Positions 48,145-54,521 of a stretch of 64,000 bases of DNA are shown here, piece by piece. Each line of letters begins with the position of its first letter. The first letter of the stretch is position 1. Source of the DNA: a virus. Both the position numbers and the translations under genes were made by a program. The notes beneath the pieces were generated by a model. That model was not told the origin of the DNA, did not search any database, and was given only the letters and a program-made list of their open reading frames with translations. The stretch covers positions 32,001 through 96,000 of IMG/VR virus record IMGVR_UViG_3300037963_003719; one strand, 5' to 3'.

Positions 48145-48575
48145 TGTCTCAAGTTGCTGAGGTTCAGTGGACTCGTGAAAGTATGGTAGAGGTGAAACTT
48201 TCTCAACCAGATGACTTTCTCAAAGTAAGAGAGACCCTTTCTAGAATTGGGGTTGCCTCTCGTAAAGAAAAGAAATTGTATCAATCTTGCCATATTCTTC
48301 ATAAGCAAGGTAAGTATTACATTGTACATTTTAAAGAATTGTTTGCTCTTGATGGTAAGACAGCAAACCTGACTCAGAATGATGTTCAGCGTCGTAATAG
48401 AATCACTCAACTTCTTTCTGATTGGGGATTGATTTCTATTGTTAAGACAGAAGAGGTTCTTGATATTGCACCACTTAATCAAATCAAAGTTCTTTCTTAT
48501 AAAGAGAAAGGCGAGTGGGAACTGGAATCAAAATATAACATCGGAAAAAAGAAAACTGCTCCAGCAGCATCATAA
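48144..48575 (+). CDS. regA: Translational repressor RegA
   Basis: DDFLKVRETLSRIGVAS..LYQSCHILHKQG.YYIVHFKELFALDG. Confidence 0.98.
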   Translation: MSQVAEVQWTRESMVEVKLSQPDDFLKVRETLSRIGVASRKEKKLYQSCHILHKQGKYYIVHFKELFALDGKTANLTQNDVQRRNRITQLLSDWGLISIVKTEEVLDIAPLNQIKVLSYKEKGEWELESKYNIGKKKTAPAAS

Positions 48576-48576
48576 C

Positions 48577-48608
48577 TATAAATAGAGGAGCCACACTCCT
48601 CTATTTTT
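48577..48608 (+). terminator. regA terminator overlapping late promoter TATAAATA
   Basis: AAATAGAGGAG-CCACA-CTCCTCTATTT followed by TT; TATAAATA at 48577-48584. Confidence 0.75.
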
Positions 48609-48908
48609 ATGTCTGAAAATAAATCAGACGTGACTATTGAAGAGAAGGTACAAGATGAAGATAAAAGTGAAGTTCTTGGTAATCTGGTGAAAGTTGTAGT
48701 CCTTATCTGGTCTGCTTCCCTTCTCACGTTTAGTTACGTTCGACTTCCCAACGGTCAAAAGATTTTAGATTTTGACCCCACGTTCATCGCATCTGTGTTT
48801 TCTGGATCGCTAGCTGCATTTGGTTTGAGTCCCGCAAAAAATGGTAGTGCTCCAAAGAAAGCGCCGTCAATCGGTAAAAAGGAGGAACAAAATGCAAAAG
48901 GTAATTAA
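48609..48908 (+). CDS. Small two-TM membrane protein (holin-like topology)
   Basis: Two hydrophobic segments, acidic N-terminus, basic C-terminus. Confidence 0.65.
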   Translation: MSENKSDVTIEEKVQDEDKSEVLGNLVKVVVLIWSASLLTFSYVRLPNGQKILDFDPTFIASVFSGSLAAFGLSPAKNGSAPKKAPSIGKKEEQNAKGN

Positions 48909-49116
48909 TGCCTTAGCAGTCCTATCATTCTTAGGCACTGCATCAATCATCGGCGGAGGTACGTATGTGTACCTACAAAAAGATTCAATCATTGAATCTA
49001 TTAAAGAACAAGTAACCAAACACGCCACTGAAGCAATTACAGGTGCTCTTCCTGGTATGGTCGATAGTGCCATGCCTGAGTTACCTGCAGCAACAGGACC
49101 CGCTATGCCATTCTAA
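48892..49116 (+). CDS. Small N-anchored membrane protein
   Basis: AAGGAGG SD before ATG 48892; MQKVINALAVLSFLGTASIIGGG hydrophobic segment. Confidence 0.7.
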   Translation: MQKVINALAVLSFLGTASIIGGGTYVYLQKDSIIESIKEQVTKHATEAITGALPGMVDSAMPELPAATGPAMPF

Positions 49117-49118
49117 CC

Positions 49119-49691
49119 ATGAATAAAATTAAGATTGCCGCCATTTCTGTTGGCGGTTTATTTGCTGTAGCACATATTGGATTACTGGGTTATGTATTGA
49201 AACCGCAATCACGGGTTCAATCACCACCTGCTTTTAATATTCCCCATGGTCCTTACTCGTCTTATAAAATTCAGGCGGGTAAGGATGGTTATACTATTGA
49301 ATTTCGTGCAGACGATCCAAAAGTTTTAGAGTCAACTAAATCTCTCTATCTTGATAAAGATAAGAGAGGACTCTTTGGTGGTGGTTCTGAACTACGCCAA
49401 GAATATCGCACTGACCAGTTCACCCGTGAGGGTACTAGAAACTTGGGAGGTGATGTAGGCGAGCAGGGAAAGCATGTAGCAGGAGTAAGCGCCGAGTGTT
49501 TAGTGGCGGACGCTGGAGCACGATCACAAGGTGCGATGGCAGGTAGTGCTATTGCTGCTGGAGTCGCCGTTCCTGCCGTTGCTAGCATCCCCTACGTGGG
49601 TTGGTTAGCAGGTGGTTGGGCACTGCTTCTAGGACAGAAGATTGGATCCGAAGCAGGATCCCAAGTAGGATCTATATTTAATGATTGCTAA
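49119..49691 (+). CDS. Membrane protein with an N-terminal TM and a C-terminal glycine-zipper-like hairpin
   Basis: GAMAGSAIAAG..GWLAGGWALLLG..G...G; two flanking Cys. Confidence 0.65.
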   Translation: MNKIKIAAISVGGLFAVAHIGLLGYVLKPQSRVQSPPAFNIPHGPYSSYKIQAGKDGYTIEFRADDPKVLESTKSLYLDKDKRGLFGGGSELRQEYRTDQFTREGTRNLGGDVGEQGKHVAGVSAECLVADAGARSQGAMAGSAIAAGVAVPAVASIPYVGWLAGGWALLLGQKIGSEAGSQVGSIFNDC

Positions 49692-50509
49692 TGGATATTC
49701 CAATTATAACTTCTCCCAACATTGATATTCGGGAGATTGATGTTGCTAATATTGAAGTTCCTAATGTAGTTTCACCTACACAATACACTTCACCAACACC
49801 ACTTCCCCCACCAGTGGTGTTGAATATTGGTTTGCCTGTAGTTGATATTCCTGGGTGCGTTGAAGCACACCAGACAAATAACTCTAAGAACAATGCAATT
49901 AAAGAAGAAGATCCCAAGGGCACTTATACAGTTTGTGACGCTGGCGTTCCCAGTTTTAATCCTATTAATTATGAACCTGAACAAATGATTATGACGTATC
50001 CTGCTGTTGTTCCAAAGAACAAGACAGATACACCAAAACCAGAAGTTCCTAAAACTGAAACTCCACCTCCCACCCCTCCTCAAAACGCTAAGGTAGAATG
50101 CCCAACCAAAGTTCAAAAGTTACAAGAACCTGTCGGTACATTAGTAGAGGGTTTCAGGAAGAAAGTCGTTAGATATGAACTCATTGATAAGACATGCGTA
50201 CAAATTACAGAACCCGTCTCACTCCCAACACAGATCGTTGCTGGACTTCCTAGTGGAGGTCAGGTCGTCCAGGTTGGCGGCGTTGCTGTCATTGCAACAA
50301 CATCAGCACTCATAGCAAAACCGTTGGCAGACCTACTATTGAAAGTGGTCAAACCAACGGTTAAGAAAGTTATTAAAAAGATTGCTACTATTCGGGGGAA
50401 GACGATTCCTGCTCAATCTGTAAAGGAGCGCCGAGATGATCAGCGTCAGAGGAGTGTTGCGATTCGTGCTCTTCGTTCTGTGTTCCCGAGGAGGAAGAAG
50501 AAGGGATAA
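49685..50509 (+). CDS. Pro-rich protein with Cys pairs, a C-terminal hydrophobic segment and a very basic tail
   Basis: PKPEVPKTETPPPTPP linker; VGGVAVIATTSALIA; KK/RR-rich end. Confidence 0.65.
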   Translation: MLMDIPIITSPNIDIREIDVANIEVPNVVSPTQYTSPTPLPPPVVLNIGLPVVDIPGCVEAHQTNNSKNNAIKEEDPKGTYTVCDAGVPSFNPINYEPEQMIMTYPAVVPKNKTDTPKPEVPKTETPPPTPPQNAKVECPTKVQKLQEPVGTLVEGFRKKVVRYELIDKTCVQITEPVSLPTQIVAGLPSGGQVVQVGGVAVIATTSALIAKPLADLLLKVVKPTVKKVIKKIATIRGKTIPAQSVKERRDDQRQRSVAIRALRSVFPRRKKKG

Positions 50510-51173
50510 CATGATAATGTGGATGTGTATGTCCTGGTGGATTGTTTACCACGACATCTGCACATACAGAATAATAAGGACTCCTAGGATGGAACTGAAT
50601 TCCTTGCTTTAATAATTCTCCACAATTTTTTAATCTTCCGATCTCAAAATCTAATCTCTTATTGGCAGTAAGTTGCTTCATCATTGCGATGTTAGCACTT
50701 GCTGCCTCTTTGCATTTTGCCTGTAATTCTTTATCTAAAGGTTTACTCCATGTCATAGAGAAACCTACACCTAAGTTATAGTTATCTTTTTGTCCTGTTC
50801 TTACAGGAACTCTATAAAGAATCGAGCCAGGATTATCAGGAGCACCATCTCCAATAGCATTCCCGTCATCATCGAAAGCACCAGTGTTATCCCTCATATC
50901 ATATACGGGATCAAAATAATAAGGTTCGTAAGGTTTTGTAGCACTTGCACTTCCAGTTACATATGGAGTGAAATTCATAGTGGGTCCTTGACATTGGATG
51001 CCATTCCCATAAGTATTAGTAATATATGGACCCTGTAAAACCTGAATCGCCTGATTGGTCACCGAGCCAGATGAATTAGCGACTGGACTTGCTGTTGCAC
51101 TTACACCACCCACATCCGCATGAGCAGGGGCAGTTACACTTACACTTAGTACAGATAGACATATTGTTTTTAT
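50388..51173 (-). CDS. Secreted, putative outer-membrane protein; probable non-canonical ATA start at 51173 (track start 51335)
   Basis: Signal peptide (M)KTICLSVLSVSVTAPAHA; amphipathic strand NLGVGFSMTWSKPLD followed by a helix. Confidence 0.6.
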   Translation of the reverse strand: MKTICLSVLSVSVTAPAHADVGGVSATASPVANSSGSVTNQAIQVLQGPYITNTYGNGIQCQGPTMNFTPYVTGSASATKPYEPYYFDPVYDMRDNTGAFDDDGNAIGDGAPDNPGSILYRVPVRTGQKDNYNLGVGFSMTWSKPLDKELQAKCKEAASANIAMMKQLTANKRLDFEIGRLKNCGELLKQGIQFHPRSPYYSVCADVVVNNPPGHTHPHYHVIPSSSSSGTQNEEHESQHSSDADHLGAPLQIEQESSSPE

Positions 51174-51607
51174 TGCGAGAAAATACTTGTTGTGTCTGTT
51201 ACGCTTTCTACGACTGTCTCTCTTTGGATAATCGTATGGTTCTGAAGTCCTGGTCCACTGTACGTCTCCGTAAACTGGAACGCTGCCCCAGGATTTGTTT
51301 GAACAAAGGATGGTTTGCTTGTCACTCCTGTCCATTTTGAATTCACTCCATTTATAGTTACATTGTTTGTACCTGTTCCAGGGGACAGGTTCCCACTTGC
51401 TGATACTCCTGAACCAGTTGCAGAGTATTGATACCCTGTGCTATAGTCCATAGAGTTAATTGTTTCTGTTACTTTTGTTGTCGTCTCCGTGTGGCTCGAC
51501 ATCGATCCCTGTGTGAAGTTTGGGACCACGGGGACCGCCTGGGCAGGAGCAAGTATGGCACTTGCACCCACCACAGTCACAGCAGACCAACGAATCATAG
51601 TATTCAT
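51170..51607 (-). CDS. Secreted beta-rich protein
   Basis: Signal peptide ending AQA; Thr/Ser/Gly-rich; AAGGAG SD upstream on the minus strand. Confidence 0.75.
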   Translation of the reverse strand: MNTMIRWSAVTVVGASAILAPAQAVPVVPNFTQGSMSSHTETTTKVTETINSMDYSTGYQYSATGSGVSASGNLSPGTGTNNVTINGVNSKWTGVTSKPSFVQTNPGAAFQFTETYSGPGLQNHTIIQRETVVESVTDTTSIFSQ

Positions 51608-51621
51608 CGTTAATCTCCTTA

Positions 51622-52119
51622 TCAGTCAATAACGGTAATCTCGCTTACGAATTGTCCTACAGCAGTTGTGCCAGCACCACCTGCGGTCACCGTAAGTACA
51701 CCTGCACTAGTTACAGTACCTGCTAGATCTCCAGCAGAACCTGCATTGTAAGAAAGAACAGAACCGTAGTTAGGAACTTCTCCTACAGTGGGAGCACTGG
51801 TTGATACAGCATCAGCTTGAGTATAAGATTGACTGAAACTGAATGCTGATCCAGCAGTATCTTGAGTAGCAGTAATTGTGCCAGGATTATATACACCAGA
51901 GGTAATAGTACCAGCAGATACAGCACCAGCAGTTGATCCGTCCGTAGTATCGATATTTGATCCTGAGATACTGAACGAGGAACCGATCCTAGTTGCTTGA
52001 GTTCTTGCCGCATCAACAGTCAGTTGGACACTGGATGCGTGTTTTGTAACAAGTCCGCCAGCATTTGCTGCTGAAGCGGTCATCAATAGCATACTAAAAG
52101 CAATGAATGCTTTTTTCAT
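51622..52119 (-). CDS. Secreted beta-rich protein (probable paralog of the adjacent gene)
   Basis: MKKAFIAFSMLLMTASAANA signal peptide; minus-strand TAAATA at 52147-52152. Confidence 0.78.
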   Translation of the reverse strand: MKKAFIAFSMLLMTASAANAGGLVTKHASSVQLTVDAARTQATRIGSSFSISGSNIDTTDGSTAGAVSAGTITSGVYNPGTITATQDTAGSAFSFSQSYTQADAVSTSAPTVGEVPNYGSVLSYNAGSAGDLAGTVTSAGVLTVTAGGAGTTAVGQFVSEITVID

Positions 52120-52165
52120 TTGGATTTAGATATTCAACGCTAATTTTATTTAGACATAAATACAT

Positions 52166-52245
52166 GTGCGATCTTTCGTGCGGTCGCTCTACAAGTCGGA
52201 ACACCTCATATAGTGGTACGGTTGTCACCCTACCACTATTTTTTT
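52166..52245 (+). ncRNA. Candidate late small structured RNA (possible pseudoknot) with its own terminator
   Basis: ATAAATA at 52156-52162; stem GCGATC/GGTCGC; terminator ATAGTGGTA/TACCACTAT plus T run; no credible ORF. Confidence 0.45.
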
Positions 52246-52260
52246 GTTTGTTGATAAATA

Positions 52261-52318
52261 TAACGGTTGCCTTCGGGGACCACAAAACAAAACTCGCTTA
52301 TAAAAGGAGCATAAAATG
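52261..52318 (+). promoter_or_regulatory. ROSE-like RNA thermometer leader of hsp20
   Basis: cUUCGg hairpin, then CTCGCTT (52293-52299) pairing with SD AAGGAG (52304-52309) with a bulged G. Confidence 0.6.
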
Positions 52319-52762
52319 ACAGGACTTAGAAAGTTCGGCACCAAAGATTTGGGTGCCATTGTAGACGCTGTAGAAAGATACAGTGTAGGTGTAGATGATT
52401 TATTTTATCGACTACATTCGTATGGTGCATCAACACCACAGAATTCATATCCCCCTTACAATCTAGTAAAGGATTCAGAAACTAAGTGGAGGATTGAACT
52501 AGCACTTGCTGGATGGTCTAGGGAGGACATTGAAGTTAGCACTGAAACCAATGTCTTGATCGTCAAGTCCAAGTCCGCAAAAGATAAAGGGGAGGGTGAG
52601 TATTTGCACCGTGGAGTTGCTACCCGTACTTTTGCGAGAGGCATCAACTTAGCTGACGACGTTGAGGTTGGCGAAGTTACATTTGAGAATGGTCTGTTGA
52701 TTATTGAACTGAATAGAATTGTTCCTGATCATCAGAAGAGGAAGGTTTATGATATTAAATAA
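52316..52762 (+). CDS. hsp20: Small heat-shock protein Hsp20 (IbpA-like)
   Basis: YPPYNLVK..IELALAG..YLHRGVATRTF.R..ENGLL.I.L.R.VP. Confidence 0.96.
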   Translation: MTGLRKFGTKDLGAIVDAVERYSVGVDDLFYRLHSYGASTPQNSYPPYNLVKDSETKWRIELALAGWSREDIEVSTETNVLIVKSKSAKDKGEGEYLHRGVATRTFARGINLADDVEVGEVTFENGLLIIELNRIVPDHQKRKVYDIK

Positions 52763-52768
52763 ATAATT

Positions 52769-52805
52769 AAAGGGTCTTGACAAATTGTTGAGACCCTTTT
52801 ATAAT
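52769..52805 (+). promoter_or_regulatory. Consensus sigma70 promoter embedded in the hsp20 terminator hairpin
   Basis: TTGACA 52777-52782, 17-nt spacer, TATAAT 52800-52805; inverted repeat AAAGGGTCT..AGACCCTTT. Confidence 0.8.
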
Positions 52806-52817
52806 ACAAGTTCATAG

Positions 52818-53207
52818 ATGATTATTATGTCAATCAAAGTTGTTAAGTTAAAATCTGGAGAGGACCTAGTTGCTGAAGTTTCTGAAATCCAGCATAAAGA
52901 TACTGGAGTCAGGCAAGCATTTGTTCTTACCAAACCCTACACAATTACAATTGAGAAAATGTTTGTAGAGGGAACTGAAGAAAGGAATCAACAATACACT
53001 GGTAGAATTCTTTTAGAAAAGTGGCAACCATTAACTCACGATGAAGAAATTGCAATCATTCCAGATTGGGTAGTATCTATCGTAGAACCAATTATGTCAG
53101 TTCTTGAGGCATATGGACAAACTCTAAAACCAGCGGAAGAAGCAAAGGGAACGTTCGGTGCTGATGTTAATACAGAACCTAATATAGAAATTGTTGATAA
53201 TAAATAA
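52818..53207 (+). CDS. Sm-like-fold hypothetical protein (start probably 52827)
   Basis: IKVVKLKSGEDLVAEV..W.PL..IPDWVVSIVEP. Confidence 0.7.
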   Translation: MIIMSIKVVKLKSGEDLVAEVSEIQHKDTGVRQAFVLTKPYTITIEKMFVEGTEERNQQYTGRILLEKWQPLTHDEEIAIIPDWVVSIVEPIMSVLEAYGQTLKPAEEAKGTFGADVNTEPNIEIVDNK

Positions 53208-53228
53208 TAAGAAAGTGACAACTGAACA

Positions 53229-53936
53229 GTGAAATCTTTCCAAGACCTCAGGTTAACCCTGATGTACAACAACAAATTGAATATTAAGTTTTGGGATAAT
53301 GGTGTTCTAAGACAAGAAGTGAGAGATAAACTTTTACAGATTGGAACTAAGTGGGCAGAGTTTGCAAAGATTCCGTCTACTGCAGTTAAAGATATGATTT
53401 TAGTTGGTGGTAACGCTAACTATAATTACACCAGATTCTCTGACCTTGATCTTCATTTAGTTGTAGACAAAGATCAAATTGCTGATTGTCCAGATCTTTT
53501 GGATGATTATCTAAGAGATAAGAAAAAGTTATGGGCATTAGTCCATGACATTAAAATTTATTCTCATCCTGTAGAGTTATATGCTCAGGACGAGAATGAC
53601 CCATTGCCTGCTAACCAGGGCGTTTACTCCATCACCCAAGATAAATGGTTGATGCAACCTAACCGAGTCAAGGTTGATCTTGCAGACCCCTTGCTTCTTA
53701 GAAAGGTTCGTGATATGATGGAGAAGATTGACGACCTCATCGAAAACGAAGCAGATGATACTGGTGTTCTTAAAAAACTCCAGAAACAAATTCGTAACAT
53801 GAGAGCGTCTGCCATTCAACAAGGTGGAGAGTTTGCACTTGAGAACTTAGTGTTCAAAGAGTTACGCAATCGTGGATACCTTGATAAACTTTCAAACCAC
53901 ATTAGACATTTAGAAGACACAAATTTATCGCTATGA
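53229..53936 (+). CDS. Pol-beta superfamily nucleotidyltransferase
   Basis: LVGGNANYNYTRFSDLDLH fits hG[GS]x9-13DhDh; third carboxylate in PVELY; GTG start after TAAATA. Confidence 0.8.
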   Translation: MKSFQDLRLTLMYNNKLNIKFWDNGVLRQEVRDKLLQIGTKWAEFAKIPSTAVKDMILVGGNANYNYTRFSDLDLHLVVDKDQIADCPDLLDDYLRDKKKLWALVHDIKIYSHPVELYAQDENDPLPANQGVYSITQDKWLMQPNRVKVDLADPLLLRKVRDMMEKIDDLIENEADDTGVLKKLQKQIRNMRASAIQQGGEFALENLVFKELRNRGYLDKLSNHIRHLEDTNLSL

Positions 53937-54292
53937 CTGTAAAAGTTATTTTATTGAAATCTGGTGAGGATGTAATTTCTGACGCAAAAGAAATTCTCAA
54001 TAAAAGTGAAGATGGAATTATTGCATATCATCTTTCCAATCCATATGCCATGCAACTGACTACTACTGAATCTGATGAGATTGTGGTAGAAGGTGAAGCA
54101 CCAAAAACAAAATTCCAAGTTGCTTATTCACATTGGGCACCTCTTTCAAAGCAAAGGGAATTTATTATTCCTGCAGATTGGGTTGTGACTATCTACGATC
54201 CTCACGACAATATCCTTAAGGACTATTGTGCAAAACATGAAATCAAAACTGAGGAGGAATCCAATGGAGATCAAACTGATCCTGCTTCGTAA
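53933..54292 (+). CDS. Sm-like-fold hypothetical protein (paralog of 52818)
   Basis: VKVILLKSGEDVISD..WAPLS..IPADWVVTIYDP. Confidence 0.7.
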   Translation: MTVKVILLKSGEDVISDAKEILNKSEDGIIAYHLSNPYAMQLTTTESDEIVVEGEAPKTKFQVAYSHWAPLSKQREFIIPADWVVTIYDPHDNILKDYCAKHEIKTEEESNGDQTDPAS

Positions 54293-54521
54293 TGGTACGT
54301 ATCTAATTTCTCAAATTTCTGAGATGGAGATGGAACCATCTGCTTTCCTGGCAGACCCCATGGAAATTGTTGATGGTGAACTCAGGCAGTTCCCTAGGTA
54401 TTCAAACCAAAGGAATGTCTTGCTTTATTCGGAATCTCTTGCTACACTAGCAACACCCGATCCTGAGATCCTCTCCGAGTACCAAGCGAACCTACCCCCT
54501 GATGATGAAGTTCTACAGTAA
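54264..54521 (+). CDS. Hypothetical protein (Sm-like-related)
   Basis: GAGGAGG SD before ATG 54264; IKLILLRNG start. Confidence 0.65.
   Translation: MEIKLILLRNGTYLISQISEMEMEPSAFLADPMEIVDGELRQFPRYSNQRNVLLYSESLATLATPDPEILSEYQANLPPDDEVLQ

Noticed and set aside
51076-51162. Minus-strand 28-aa metallothionein-looking ORF MSICTKCKCNCPCSCGCGWCKCNSKSSR starting 7 nt after the upstream stop
   Set aside because: The Cys codons arise automatically from reading Val/Ala codons of the overlapping signal peptide out of frame, and there is no SD. Most likely a shadow, although Ribo-seq could test it.
52107-52319. 70-aa + strand ORF spanning the intergenic region before hsp20
   Set aside because: It crosses two late promoters and a terminator and has no SD; structured RNA elements explain the region better.
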